From positions 384,001 through 448,000 of the forward strand of contig JBCCHT010000001.1 of NCBI GenBank assembly GCA_039028615.1: a stretch of 64,000 bases of DNA, given 5' to 3'. Below the pieces are notes generated by a model, which made no database searches, was not told where the DNA came from, and saw only the letters and a program-made list of their open reading frames with translations. This document shows, piece by piece, positions 18,862 to 29,282 of this stretch. A program made the position numbers and the translations under genes. Origin of the DNA: Myxococcota bacterium. GTDB taxonomy: Bacteria; Myxococcota_A; Polyangia; Nannocystales; Nannocystaceae. Within the stretch, counting starts at the first letter, position 1; each line of letters starts with the position of its first letter.

Positions 18862-19105
18862 GGTCGGAGATCCGCCGTCGAGGTGGGCGCGGAACCTACT
18901 CACCTCGATCGATGGAATCAAGACGTGTTCGCTGCCTCGATCGGGGGTCGAACGATGACATCCCGCACGAGCCTAGATGGCTACAACTGTCGCCACAGGG
19001 CCGTTTACGGACAATTCGATGCACTTCGGTAACGCCGGCCACGAACTTCGGCGCGACCAAGAGGAACGCGGGCAACGGGGTCGAAACGGGCGCCCAAAAA
19101 TGAGC

Positions 19106-19131
19106 AAGGCGGCTCGAAGTCGAGCCGCCTT
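19106..19131 (-). terminator. Hairpin / probable terminator downstream of 19203..20531
   Basis: Perfect AAGGCGGCTCGA-ag-TCGAGCCGCCTT, with a T-run following on the minus strand. Confidence 0.55.
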
Positions 19132-19202
19132 CCGCGATCCCGAGGCGATCGCCTCAGGGCCGGAGCGAGGGCACATGGCCTCGCTCCCCTTCAACAGCCC
19201 GC

Positions 19203-20531
19203 TTACTTGCCGGCCGCCGCCTCGAGCTTGCGCTCCCGCCGACTCTTGGTCTTCTTGTTCCACGAGGCGGGGTCGGGCAGTAGATCGCCCTGGAAGCGGA
19301 AGCCGAGCACGATGTAGGGCACGGCCGCGCTGACGTCCTGGCCGCTACGGAAGCGGTGCTTGGCCCACCACTGCAGCAGCAGGATGAGGGTGGGCTTGTT
19401 GAAGCGCTTATCGGGGCGATCGAAGAAGGTGTAGAGCAACGCCGGACCCACACGATGGGTGGGCCCGTTCGGGCGCGACACGGGCTCCGTCGGCTGGAAG
19501 TGGCGCCCCTGGTAGAAGGCGTGGGTCAGCGTGTAGCGAACACCGAGCGTGAGGCCGAAGTCCAGCAGGTAGAGCAGGTCGGCGTCGTTGGTGAGCGTCC
19601 AGCCTCGGTTCGGCTGCGGCAAGTCGAGGGTCTGGTGGTAGTAGACCGTGTCGCCGTCGCGCAGGTCGAAGTCCGCCCAGTAGAACTTGAGGTTGTCGCG
19701 GACGGCGATGTTCTTGACCTTGGCCTGCAGCAGCGCGGACAGGGTCACGAAGTGGCCGGTGGTCGAGTAGTTGACCTCGTCGGGGTCGGTGGAGTCCGCA
19801 CGACGATTGAGTTCGGTGTCCGACCAGTCGTCGGTGGGGCTGCTGAACGACTGCATCAGGCCGAACGACGAGAAGTAGCCGGTGAAGTCGTAGGTGGCCG
19901 ACAGGTTGAGAATGGCCAGCGGCTGGAAGTCGATCTTGGGGCCGATGCGAGCGTAGGCCGGCGTGCCGTAGGTATGCAGCTGCACCGCGATGAAGCTGTC
20001 GTTGAACAGGGCCGAGTCCTTGTCGATCAGCTGGTAGCGGTAGCCGGTGGTGAATTCGTTGACGAGACCCAGGGGGTTGTACCGAGCGGCGGTGAGGTTG
20101 CTGTAGATCCAACGATGGCGCGGGCGCGGGCCGGGGGCTTCCGGCTCCGGCTCCTCGAGCACCTCCTCCGTTTGCACGGGCACGGCGACCGCTTCGGGCT
20201 CCGGCTCCGGCTCGGGTTCGGGCTCCGGCTCGGCTGCTTCCACGGGCGCAGGCTCGGCGGGCGGGTCGTCTTCGCTCCTGACGGGCAGGCCGCCCTCGGG
20301 CGGCTCTTCACCCGCCGGGGCCTCTGCGCCGCCTTCGGCTGGAACTTCGGCGGCCGCGGGTTCGTCCGCCGTCGGCGGGGCCGGGGTATCACCCGTTGCC
20401 TCGGCCGCGGGTTCCTCGGGTGCAAACCCGGAGACCTCGGCTCGAGCCGACCCGGAGGCGAGCCCCACGGCCACCATCAACGAACCAGAAACGATGAATG
20501 AGCTGACCTTCGAGCCTCGACGCGCCGTCAT
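19203..20531 (-). CDS. Putative outer-membrane beta-barrel protein with a Pro/Glu-rich N-terminus
   Basis: Signal peptide ending SARA, EPEPEP repeats and amphipathic beta-strand patterns (LTLGVRYT, YIVLGFRF). Confidence 0.7.
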   Translation of the reverse strand: MTARRGSKVSSFIVSGSLMVAVGLASGSARAEVSGFAPEEPAAEATGDTPAPPTADEPAAAEVPAEGGAEAPAGEEPPEGGLPVRSEDDPPAEPAPVEAAEPEPEPEPEPEPEAVAVPVQTEEVLEEPEPEAPGPRPRHRWIYSNLTAARYNPLGLVNEFTTGYRYQLIDKDSALFNDSFIAVQLHTYGTPAYARIGPKIDFQPLAILNLSATYDFTGYFSSFGLMQSFSSPTDDWSDTELNRRADSTDPDEVNYSTTGHFVTLSALLQAKVKNIAVRDNLKFYWADFDLRDGDTVYYHQTLDLPQPNRGWTLTNDADLLYLLDFGLTLGVRYTLTHAFYQGRHFQPTEPVSRPNGPTHRVGPALLYTFFDRPDKRFNKPTLILLLQWWAKHRFRSGQDVSAAVPYIVLGFRFQGDLLPDPASWNKKTKSRRERKLEAAAGK

Positions 20532-20576
20532 TGTGTTCGAGCACGATACACCGGGCTTCCGCGCGAGGGCCACCAC

Positions 20577-21368
20577 TTATTCGGTGACACCCACGCGGCG
20601 ACCGTACATGCGGAGGGCATGGGTCCCGATCGCGGTCGCTCGCATCTCGTCGACCAGCGAACGTAGCTCGGCAGACAGAAGGTTCAGCTCGGGCAAGACG
20701 GCACCGTAGCCTTCGTTCCGAGACGGTATGATGGCCGGAGCGAGCATGCACGCGGTGCTGAGGTCGGCTGCGGTAAAGCGATCGCCTACGAGATAGCGTC
20801 GGGAGCCCAGGTGCTCGTCGAGTCGGGCGATCTCCTCGCGGATGACCTGCATCGAGGATTCGACCCGACGCGGGTCGATGCGCAAGACGAGCTTGAGCGC
20901 CGCGGTGAGCAGAGGCCGCAGTACGCGAAACAAAGTGGCCTGGATCCGGCCGACGTTGTCGCGAGCCATGGCCACCATGAGATCGGAGCGCTGCAGTAAG
21001 TGAAAATACGCCACCCGTCGTGCATGCGGGCCGATGCGCTCGCTGACCCGCCGCTCGATCTCCACGATTTCCGCCTCGTGCTCGGGGGGATAGAGCGTGG
21101 TCTCGGCGGTGGAGAAGCGGTCGTCGAGGTAGCGCACGATGAGCGCCGAGTCGCGCAGGTGCTCCCCGTCGTCGGTGATGAGGATCGGGGTCGAGAACCG
21201 GGTGGACGCGCGATCGGCCCGCCCCCCGCCGAGCCCCACCGCCCGGATGACCCCGGGGACGTGGAACATCGGCATGTAGCCCGACTCGCGAAACTCGACG
21301 CCGAAGTGCTGCAGTGCCCAGCGAGCGCGATCGTTGTAGTGCGAAAAAGCGATGGTGACCAAATGCAT
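20577..21368 (-). CDS. Glutathione S-transferase family protein
   Basis: Motifs FSHYNDRARWAL, STPIL, DSALIVRYLD and YLVGDRFTAADL. Confidence 0.9.
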   Translation of the reverse strand: MHLVTIAFSHYNDRARWALQHFGVEFRESGYMPMFHVPGVIRAVGLGGGRADRASTRFSTPILITDDGEHLRDSALIVRYLDDRFSTAETTLYPPEHEAEIVEIERRVSERIGPHARRVAYFHLLQRSDLMVAMARDNVGRIQATLFRVLRPLLTAALKLVLRIDPRRVESSMQVIREEIARLDEHLGSRRYLVGDRFTAADLSTACMLAPAIIPSRNEGYGAVLPELNLLSAELRSLVDEMRATAIGTHALRMYGRRVGVTE

Positions 21369-21432
21369 CGGGGCGCGGAGCAAGCATGCGCCGCGCCCCC
21401 GGATGGCGCCACCCCGACGGAGCGAGCAACGA

Positions 21433-23046
21433 TCAGTCGGTGGGCCAGGGCTCGGGCGCGGGTGAGGGCGGAGGCACGGCCGCGCCGCGATTGATGAGGT
21501 TCTGGCCGAACATCTTCACGTAGCGCAGGTCGTCCTCGATGTCGGCGTCCTCGTTTTCGAGCAGCCACGCCTCGACGTTGTCCTCGATGATGTACAGCAG
21601 GTTGAGCGCCGCCGCGTCGTCGCCCACCTCGGCCCGCTCGGACGCGATGCGAAAGCCCATGTAGATGTTCAACGCCACGAAGGCCTTCTCCGTGCCCTCG
21701 GTCTCGAACACCCCCTGCTCGGGGGTCTCGCCCGGCTCGAGCTCGGAGATGACCTCGACCTGCTGGAAGACCTCCTCGTCGGTGCCGGGGACCGAGTACC
21801 GGATCGAGACCCGGCCCACCGAGCCCTCGCCCTGGCCTCCACCGCCGCTGGGCATCAGCTCGGCGATGATGGCCCCGCCGCCGCCGCGCCGGCCTCCGGC
21901 GTTGTCGCTGGTGCTCTCGCGGTGAGCGATGTGCAGGCTGGGAATCTCCATATGCGCCGAGGACAGCCCCACCGTGGCCAGCTTGGTGCCATAGAGCCCG
22001 CGCAGCTCGTAGCCCGCGCCCAGCTCGAGGTCGATCTCCACCTCGCTGGCGAGCGGCAAGAGCACGGCGTTGGCCTCTTCGACGAACACCTCCTCGACCG
22101 CGGCGTCGTCCTCGATGAAGTAAAACGCCCCGCCGCCGCGCTCCGAAAGCCCACGCATCAGCGCGGGATCGAAGTGCAGCCCCATGCCCACCGTCGACAA
22201 GCCGATCCCCTCGATGGCATGAGCCGAGCTCATCTCGAGCAAGCGAGCATCGTTGACGAGGCCGGTCGTCGCCTGCCCGTCCGACAGCAACATGACCCGG
22301 TTTTGCAGCTCGGGATCGGCGTGATCCTGCACGACTTCATACGCGGTGCGGAGCCCGTCGTAGATGTTGGTGGAGCCCTCGGCCTCGAGCGACGCGATGG
22401 CCAGCTGAAGCTCGGCCGAGTCCCCGGCCACCGCCTCGGCCATGACCGTCGCGCCGTCGGCAAAGGCCACGATGCTCACCCGGTCTTCGGGGCGTAGCTC
22501 GTCGGACATGCGGCGCAGGCCCTCTTGCACGTGACGCATGGGCTGGCCCGCCATCGAGCCGCTGGCATCGACCGCGATCGCCAGGTTGAGCGGCGGCCGG
22601 TCGATCTCCGCCGGATCGAGCGGCGTGTTCATGCCCAGCAATACCAGCGTGCAGTTGGAGCCGCTGATCATGTTGCCCATCACGCCCAGGGTTCCGTGCA
22701 CGCACAGGTCGTCGCCGCAGTCGGGCGCCCCGAAGCCGATCTTGTGCTCGTTGAAGAACCCGACGTCGTCGAGGGTCTCGGGCCCGGGGATGTCCCCTCG
22801 CTCGAGGATGGCGCGGAACTGGCCGAAGTCCTGGGCTCCGCCCTGCCCCACGCCGGGGCCGACGGGCGGAGCTCCACCGTCTCCATCGTCGCCGTCGCCT
22901 TCGCCGGGCGCGTCCATGTCCCAGCCGCCATCGGAGGCACCGGGGTCGCCCGCCGCTCCGCTCGAGTCGCCACAGGCTGGGGTGAGGGCCAAGCACGCGG
23001 CCATGGCCAGGCCGCGCGTCCACTGCTCGGAAAATGCAATCTTCAT
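21433..23046 (-). CDS. von Willebrand factor A domain lipoprotein (YfbK-like)
   Basis: LTPAC lipobox; RPPLNLAIAVDASGSM (MIDAS), GSTNIYDGL, LLSDG and GGGAFYFI. Confidence 0.9.
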   Translation of the reverse strand: MKIAFSEQWTRGLAMAACLALTPACGDSSGAAGDPGASDGGWDMDAPGEGDGDDGDGGAPPVGPGVGQGGAQDFGQFRAILERGDIPGPETLDDVGFFNEHKIGFGAPDCGDDLCVHGTLGVMGNMISGSNCTLVLLGMNTPLDPAEIDRPPLNLAIAVDASGSMAGQPMRHVQEGLRRMSDELRPEDRVSIVAFADGATVMAEAVAGDSAELQLAIASLEAEGSTNIYDGLRTAYEVVQDHADPELQNRVMLLSDGQATTGLVNDARLLEMSSAHAIEGIGLSTVGMGLHFDPALMRGLSERGGGAFYFIEDDAAVEEVFVEEANAVLLPLASEVEIDLELGAGYELRGLYGTKLATVGLSSAHMEIPSLHIAHRESTSDNAGGRRGGGGAIIAELMPSGGGGQGEGSVGRVSIRYSVPGTDEEVFQQVEVISELEPGETPEQGVFETEGTEKAFVALNIYMGFRIASERAEVGDDAAALNLLYIIEDNVEAWLLENEDADIEDDLRYVKMFGQNLINRGAAVPPPSPAPEPWPTD

Positions 23047-23074
23047 CGGTTCGTCTCCACGTAAGTCAGTCGGT

Positions 23075-24712
23075 TCAACCCTCGGTGGCCCACTGGGCGA
23101 CCGCCACCTCGACGTCCAGGCCCCGCGTGTCGGGACCGAGGGCGCAGCTCTGATCCACCAGCGCGCGCTCCTGGGCGTGCATGAGGTTCACTTCGAGGGT
23201 CCGCCCCCCGCCTTCGAGCCGCTGAGGGCCGTCTCCTGCCTGCAGCTCGGCGGCTCCCAGCTCGTCGTTGCCGAGCACGAGCGCCATCGGTCGCTCGACC
23301 GTGCCGCAGGTCGGTTCCGAGTGCATCTCGCAGTCGTACAGCGGCAAGACACCCAGCTCGAGCCCGTCGATCTCGGGCACCGCGGTACCCACCGAGACGG
23401 TGAGCGAAGGCAGCTCCATGGGCTCGCTGTGTTCGTCGAGCGCCACCACGGACACCCCGTCGACCGCTCCCAGCTCACCGGGTGCCGCCGAGATGCTCCG
23501 CAGATCCACGCGGTCACCGACCGCGAAGGGAAAGCTGGACGACGGCACGCACAGGTACCACGAAGGCAACCGCTCGCTGCCCTGCCGCAGGTCGATGGAC
23601 AGACAACCGTCGACGCCCTCGTCCACCGCGAGGATCTCCGAGTGGCCCCAGGGGATGGGTGAGCTGTAGCCGAGTCGATCTCCGTCGGGCTGCGTGGCGC
23701 ACTCGCCTTCACTCGGAGGATCGACCTCCTCGTAGGGATGCACGCTGTCGTCCTGCGCCGAAAGGTGCAGCCCCTCGTGCCCGCCGTCGCTCAGGAGGAC
23801 CTCGCCCTCGTGACCCCAGCGGCCCTGCGCGGGCACATCACGCACACGCACTTCATCGCTGCGCCACACCACGATCGAAGGCGGCAGGTCGTCGGCCTCG
23901 ATCCACGCCGCGAAGCACCAGCGGTCCTGGGTGGGATGGTCGATGAGCGGGACGTTGGTCCCCGGAGGCAGGGTCCAGCTGGTGGCGGGGGCGAACAAGG
24001 ACGAGCGCAGCAGGGTCCCCGGGGACTCCATGATGACCTCGCAGTCGACGCTCATCGGGAAGCGCAGCTCCCGAATGCGCACCACCTGGTCCCGGGTCGT
24101 CGCGTTGTTGAGGTAGTAGTCGGCCTCGATGGGCGGGAGCTCGCCCCAGCCATCATCGTCGGAGGGAACCTCGGGATCGGGCTCGAAGGTGGTCGAGCCC
24201 CAGTCGTCGTCCGGCGGCGGCTCCTCGTCATAGCTGGTGGCCACGCTGGCGGCGAGACCGATCACCGCGGCGCCGCACTGCGCACTGCGTCGGGCATTGG
24301 CGGCCGCGGAGCGCTGCATGGACGGCAACAAACCCCACAGGCTCAGCGCGAGCATGGGCAACGCGAGCAAGTCGGTGGCATCGCGCGTGATCACCCAAGG
24401 AAAACCCACGACGCCCATGGCCATGCTCCAGCCCTCCGCCAGGGGCGCAGACAGCTGGATCCCGGCGAAGACGGCCCCCACCGCGACATTGCAGCCGAGC
24501 CATCCGCGGAAGCCTCGGACGCGCAGCAGCGTCGCCAACAGCAGCGGCGCGACCACCATCCCGGCGAGATCGCTGAGCTTGCCCGTCACCGGGGCGGGCA
24601 GGATGTCGGCGCCCTTGAGGACGTGGTCGTTCAGCACGAGCACCCCCAGGCTGGCCAGCCACAGGGGGTGCAATAGACCCCGTGCAGGGTCGAGACGGTT
24701 CGATGAGGTCAT
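23075..24712 (-). CDS. Hypothetical membrane protein with a large Cys-containing extracytoplasmic region
   Basis: N-terminal TM bundle with NDHVLK and TGKLSD motifs; 28 nt upstream of the vWA gene. Confidence 0.75.
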   Translation of the reverse strand: MTSSNRLDPARGLLHPLWLASLGVLVLNDHVLKGADILPAPVTGKLSDLAGMVVAPLLLATLLRVRGFRGWLGCNVAVGAVFAGIQLSAPLAEGWSMAMGVVGFPWVITRDATDLLALPMLALSLWGLLPSMQRSAAANARRSAQCGAAVIGLAASVATSYDEEPPPDDDWGSTTFEPDPEVPSDDDGWGELPPIEADYYLNNATTRDQVVRIRELRFPMSVDCEVIMESPGTLLRSSLFAPATSWTLPPGTNVPLIDHPTQDRWCFAAWIEADDLPPSIVVWRSDEVRVRDVPAQGRWGHEGEVLLSDGGHEGLHLSAQDDSVHPYEEVDPPSEGECATQPDGDRLGYSSPIPWGHSEILAVDEGVDGCLSIDLRQGSERLPSWYLCVPSSSFPFAVGDRVDLRSISAAPGELGAVDGVSVVALDEHSEPMELPSLTVSVGTAVPEIDGLELGVLPLYDCEMHSEPTCGTVERPMALVLGNDELGAAELQAGDGPQRLEGGGRTLEVNLMHAQERALVDQSCALGPDTRGLDVEVAVAQWATEG

Positions 24713-24845
24713 GGGGGCGGTCTACTTTCCAAGTTCAGGTCGGTAGTGCCCACGGCCCCCTCAACGATCATGAACGGTAGGAATCGAACCAAAGTCGGCC
24801 TACCGGGCCTTCTCGGCGCGGTGTGGGCTCGCTACGCTGGGGTCG

Positions 24846-25130
24846 ATGACCGTGCGCGACAAGCTGAGCGAGGCCCTGCAGCGGGTCCCCATGACCACGC
24901 TCCAGCTGTCGGGGGAGGTCGGTATCCCGCAGGGCGAGGTCGGCAAGCACCTCGAGCACCTGGCGCGCTCGCTGCCTCATCGCGGGCTCGCGCTCGAGGT
25001 GGAGCCCGCGCGCTGCTTGAAGTGCGAGTTCATCTTTGGTGACCGAGCGCGCTTCAAGCGACCGAGCCGATGCCCCGAGTGTCGCTCCGAGCGGATCCAG
25101 CCCGCGCGGTTCTCCGTGCACGAGACGTGA
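24846..25130 (+). CDS. HTH plus Zn-ribbon transcriptional regulator (COG3357-like)
   Basis: Motifs LSGEVGIPQGEVGKHLEHLARS, PARCLKCEFIF and PSRCPECRSERI. Confidence 0.85.
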   Translation: MTVRDKLSEALQRVPMTTLQLSGEVGIPQGEVGKHLEHLARSLPHRGLALEVEPARCLKCEFIFGDRARFKRPSRCPECRSERIQPARFSVHET

Positions 25131-25145
25131 GCGAGCCCCGCTCGC

Positions 25146-26336
25146 TCAATTGTCGAACTGCGAGATGGCCAGGCGCAGGCCGTGCTCCGCTCGCTGGTAG
25201 TAGAGCACGAAGCTGGCGTCGTCGATGTCGCGCCAATTGGCGACCTGATAGGTCTGGCCATCGGTGGGACGCGTGAAGGCACCGACGCTGAGCACTCCGG
25301 CTCGGCTCGGACCCAGCTCCACCGGCTGCCCCGCGTGGCTCGAGTAGCGCAGCGGCATGTCCCAGAGATGATCGATGGCGGCCACCGCCAGCTCGCGAAG
25401 CTCGTCGCTCAGCTCGATTTCGGGGAGCTCGATCCGCCCCAGGCGATCGAGCACGGGGTACAGCAGCGTGCCATCGAGCACCGCCTCGCCCTCCCAGCGA
25501 TACGGGGGCTGTCCCGCGGCCGCCCGCTCATCGGCTTCGCTCAGGCCTTCTTCGAAGGTGACCCCCTCGATGGTGGTCAGCAGCGACGATAGCCGGACAC
25601 GACCGGGGAACTCGTCCCAACCGATGATCCGCCCCGCCAGCAGGCGTGCGCCGTCGAGGGTCGCTCCGCTTTCGTCGAGCACCTCGAGATACGCGTCGTC
25701 CCCATCGGTGGTCGCGTACACCACCCACACCGCCTGCTCGCCGATCGGGCCCTGGTGCAGGCTCACCGTGCCGATGTCTCGGGCCTCCACGCGGAAGAAG
25801 GCATCGAACACCGCCAACGCTGCCGCCGGCACGGAGGCACGCTCCGGCTGTCCCTCGCGAGCGTCGATGCGGCGCCCGCCCGGGAGGCTCTGCTGGTGCA
25901 GGCTGCGTCCGAAGTCGTAGTCGTCGAAGAACCCGCGAATGGTGACCGGAGCCTCGGCTGCCGCTCGCTCTGCCCGGGCCCGCTGTGCCGCCCGAGAGGT
26001 CAGATCGCCCAGCCCCCGGTCGATGCGCCGAATCGCCGCGATCTCGTCCAGCGCCAGCCAGCGATGGTCGAGCGACCACTTCGCCGGATTCACCTGCTCC
26101 CAAATCGCGAGCGCATCCGCCATCGCTCGCTCGACCAATGCGTCCACCCGGATCCGCGTGCCCGACCCGCCCTCTTCACGCATCGTCTGCTGCAGGGCGA
26201 ACAGCCACGGGTCCAGGTCACCCGCTTCGTCGAGCGCGATGAGCTGGTTGTCCTCCGCCGCTGCCTCGGCGTTCTCGGTCACGATGGCCCGCAGCGCAGC
26301 CGCCACGGCAGTGGTCTGGATCGGTCGACGTCGCAC
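25146..26336 (-). CDS. Hypothetical protein
   Basis: Long GC3-biased ORF; TATGCT lies 6 nt before GTG 26336. Confidence 0.7.
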   Translation of the reverse strand: MRRRPIQTTAVAAALRAIVTENAEAAAEDNQLIALDEAGDLDPWLFALQQTMREEGGSGTRIRVDALVERAMADALAIWEQVNPAKWSLDHRWLALDEIAAIRRIDRGLGDLTSRAAQRARAERAAAEAPVTIRGFFDDYDFGRSLHQQSLPGGRRIDAREGQPERASVPAAALAVFDAFFRVEARDIGTVSLHQGPIGEQAVWVVYATTDGDDAYLEVLDESGATLDGARLLAGRIIGWDEFPGRVRLSSLLTTIEGVTFEEGLSEADERAAAGQPPYRWEGEAVLDGTLLYPVLDRLGRIELPEIELSDELRELAVAAIDHLWDMPLRYSSHAGQPVELGPSRAGVLSVGAFTRPTDGQTYQVANWRDIDDASFVLYYQRAEHGLRLAISQFDN

Positions 26337-26414
26337 CCGTCCAGCATACGCCCCCGCACGCGACGACGGGCTCACGAAGGAGCCCGTCTCGTTCACATCC
26401 GCGCCGAGTGGTCG

Positions 26415-27728
26415 TCAGCGACGCCGACGAACCGCGCCCAACACCAACAGCAGCGCGAATGCGGACCCCGAGCCGACCGGAGCGCTGGTGCGACAGCCAC
26501 AGCCCTCGGCGTCCCCGTCCGCGCCAGCGGTATCGCCCTCGGTCTCGGCCTCCTCGCCGTCCGTACCGCCGATGGAGACGATGGTGATCGTGATGGGCGA
26601 GCTCGAGCCCTCGTTGCCGTGCTCGTCGACCGCGGTGACCGAGTACGTGTGGTCGCCAGGGGCCGCCCCCGTGATGGGGAAGCCCCAGGGCTCGGCCATG
26701 TCCGTAGCGACCGGGACCCCGTTGTCGAGCAACGTGGCCGACGCGATCAGGCTGTCGTCGTTGATCGTGGCGACCACGTTGAAGTCGGTGCCCTCGTCGT
26801 ACTCCATGCCGTTGAAGGGCGCGGTGATGAGGATCGACGGACCCTCCATGTCGACGATGGCGGGCCCGAACATGGCCAGCAGCTCCGAGTGCGCGTTCTG
26901 GGCCAGGTTGCCCTGGCAAAACTGCATGTGCTGCTCGGCACAGGTCGCCCCGCCCACGATCACGATGCACTCGTCGATGAAGGTCGGGTCACCCCCCGCG
27001 TTGAAGGGGTTCATGATGTCGTTGGGCTCGTCGACGTGCTCGAGCCCGAACGAGTGGGCGACCTCCTGCCCGATGGTGGTCGCGGTGATCGCCGCCGAGG
27101 TGCCGTCGTCGGCGCTGTGGAAGGCGAAGGTCACGTTGCTGTGCGTCTGCTGGTTCCAGCAGTCGACCGGTGCCACGCCCAAGACCCCGCCCCCGAAGGG
27201 GTTGGTGGGGCCGGTCATGTTCATGACGTACTCGCCCTTCTCGGGGCGCGTGTCGACGATGATGAAGTTGTACAGTTCCCAGTCCGCCCGCACCGCCTGC
27301 ATCACCGCGTCGCGCATGGGCCCCTCGCCGTACGCCGCGAAGGGTCCGTCGAGCCCCGGAATCTGGGTCACGTTGTTCTGCGCGCTGTCCATGCCTGCTG
27401 TCAGCGTCTCGCCGTCGAAGTTGACGAAGATGACCCACGGGTCGGGGATGGCCCCGTGCTGGACGGGCGGGTTCATGTTCAGCCGCGGGTACTCGGGCGG
27501 CACCGGGATCGGGTCGCCGCGATATTGACCGAGACCGATCTCGCGGAGCTCCTCCACCGACATGTCCCAAGTCGCCGGGCGCTGGTCGTCGGGCAGGCGC
27601 TCCCCCGCCGTCGCCACCGAGGGCGTCAGCACGCCGGCCGCCATCGCGACCATGCCCGTGGAGCCGACCAGACACAGCCAGGCAGAGGGTTGGGAGGTAC
27701 GGGGGGGACGACGACGAGGCATGGACAT
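26415..27728 (-). CDS. Matrixin/metzincin-like protein with an Ig-like domain and MYXO-CTERM anchor
   Basis: QEVAHSFGLEH...DIM zinc motif with Met-turn; Ig-like domain; C-terminal GCGCRT...hydrophobic stretch...RRRR. Confidence 0.85.
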   Translation of the reverse strand: MSMPRRRPPRTSQPSAWLCLVGSTGMVAMAAGVLTPSVATAGERLPDDQRPATWDMSVEELREIGLGQYRGDPIPVPPEYPRLNMNPPVQHGAIPDPWVIFVNFDGETLTAGMDSAQNNVTQIPGLDGPFAAYGEGPMRDAVMQAVRADWELYNFIIVDTRPEKGEYVMNMTGPTNPFGGGVLGVAPVDCWNQQTHSNVTFAFHSADDGTSAAITATTIGQEVAHSFGLEHVDEPNDIMNPFNAGGDPTFIDECIVIVGGATCAEQHMQFCQGNLAQNAHSELLAMFGPAIVDMEGPSILITAPFNGMEYDEGTDFNVVATINDDSLIASATLLDNGVPVATDMAEPWGFPITGAAPGDHTYSVTAVDEHGNEGSSSPITITIVSIGGTDGEEAETEGDTAGADGDAEGCGCRTSAPVGSGSAFALLLVLGAVRRRR

Positions 27729-27868
27729 GGGACGTTTTCGAGGCAAGCGCAGGCCCGCCGATGGTACCAGGTCGCCCTGCTCCGCTCGGTGGTCTCCGGG
27801 CTCCCCGCAGCACCTCTCCCTACAGCACAACAATCACGGAGATTCTGCACATGGGGTACCGTCCGGGC

Positions 27869-29077
27869 ATGCGTCGATTTGCTTGGTCTCTATGCCTCGC
27901 GGCCTGCACCACGACCCCGTCCAGCGATGATGGCGGCAGCGAGGGCACCACCGCGGCAGGCGGGGAAACCTCTACGAACGCGAGTACGAGCACCACTACC
28001 GCCGCCACCGGCCTCGACGAGACCAGCGACTCGTCCGACGGCACCACCGCGGAGCCGACCGAGCCCAACTACGAAGAGCGCGGGCCCTACGGGGTCGGGA
28101 TCCAGAGCTTCGACGTGCCGGGCGCCGACGATCGCATGGTGCGAGTGACGGTGTGGTACCCGAGCGACACCGAGGACGGGCCGATCGATCTGCACACGGT
28201 CGTGTCGGAGGCGAACGCACAGACGCTGCAGGAGCTCGTGGCCGCGGCGCCCCCCGAGTGCGTGCGATCGACCCTCATGGGGACCGCCGAGGCGCCGCTG
28301 GCCGAAGGCTCCTTCCCCGCCATCGTGTTCTCCCACTGCCTGTCCTGCCTCGGTGTCTCGTCGAGCTTCATCACCGAGCGCCTCGCCAGCCATGGCTCGA
28401 TCGTCATCGGCGTGACCCATACCGACGACACGCTCTTCGATCAGCTCGAGGGCACCGTCGCACCGCTGGACGGCGACTGGCTCGCGGTGCGGACCCTCGA
28501 CGCCTCGCTCGCGCTCGATGGCGTGCTCGCGATGGCGCCCTACGACACGGCCATCGACCAGAGCCGCCTGGGGATCTTCGGGCACAGCTATGGCGCCACC
28601 ACCACGGGCAAGGTCCTGCAGGACGACGATCGGTTCATCGCGGGCGTGGCCATGGCCGCTCCGGTCGAAAACCCCCTGCTGCCGGGCGTCACCGTCGACG
28701 GCATCGCGGAGCCGATGCTCATGCTGCTCGCCCAGGAGGACAACTCCATCACCGAGGTCGGGAACAACTTCATGCGCACCAACGCAATGACGTTGTCCGG
28801 CGGCAGCTGGCTGGTCGAGGTCGCGGATGCGGGCCATTGGAGCTTTTCCGACCTGTGCGGAATCATCGAGGCCTTCCAGCCCGGCTGCGGTGAGGGCATT
28901 CGACAGACCATGCCCGGAGAGGCGTTCACCTATCTCGACGCCGATCTCGGGCGGCAGATCGCGGCCTCGTACGTGACCGCGTTCTTTGCTCTGCACCTCC
29001 AAGACGATGCCGCGGCCGCCGACTATCTCGACGTGGGCACGCCGAGCGACGTGGTCACGGTCGAGCGCTTTCCCTGA
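27869..29077 (+). CDS. Alpha/beta-hydrolase lipoprotein (dienelactone hydrolase / PAF-AH-like)
   Basis: Motifs GPYGVG, VWYPS, ERLASHG, GHSYG nucleophile elbow and AGHWSFSD. Confidence 0.85.
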   Translation: MRRFAWSLCLAACTTTPSSDDGGSEGTTAAGGETSTNASTSTTTAATGLDETSDSSDGTTAEPTEPNYEERGPYGVGIQSFDVPGADDRMVRVTVWYPSDTEDGPIDLHTVVSEANAQTLQELVAAAPPECVRSTLMGTAEAPLAEGSFPAIVFSHCLSCLGVSSSFITERLASHGSIVIGVTHTDDTLFDQLEGTVAPLDGDWLAVRTLDASLALDGVLAMAPYDTAIDQSRLGIFGHSYGATTTGKVLQDDDRFIAGVAMAAPVENPLLPGVTVDGIAEPMLMLLAQEDNSITEVGNNFMRTNAMTLSGGSWLVEVADAGHWSFSDLCGIIEAFQPGCGEGIRQTMPGEAFTYLDADLGRQIAASYVTAFFALHLQDDAAAADYLDVGTPSDVVTVERFP

Positions 29078-29282
29078 TCGCGTATCGGGATTCGTCCTGC
29101 CCGGTCCAACGAGGGCCGGCAGATTTCTGTAGGGTCGGCAGCTCTCGCCGTGCGGGCACGGCAGCTATTGCCGTTCCGAATTTTGTTTCGATTTATTCGG
29201 TCGATCGACTCGAATTCGGCGAAGAAAAACGAAGACTGAACCGACTCCACGGAAGGCGGCCGCGAGGTCGGGAGGACCGGTG

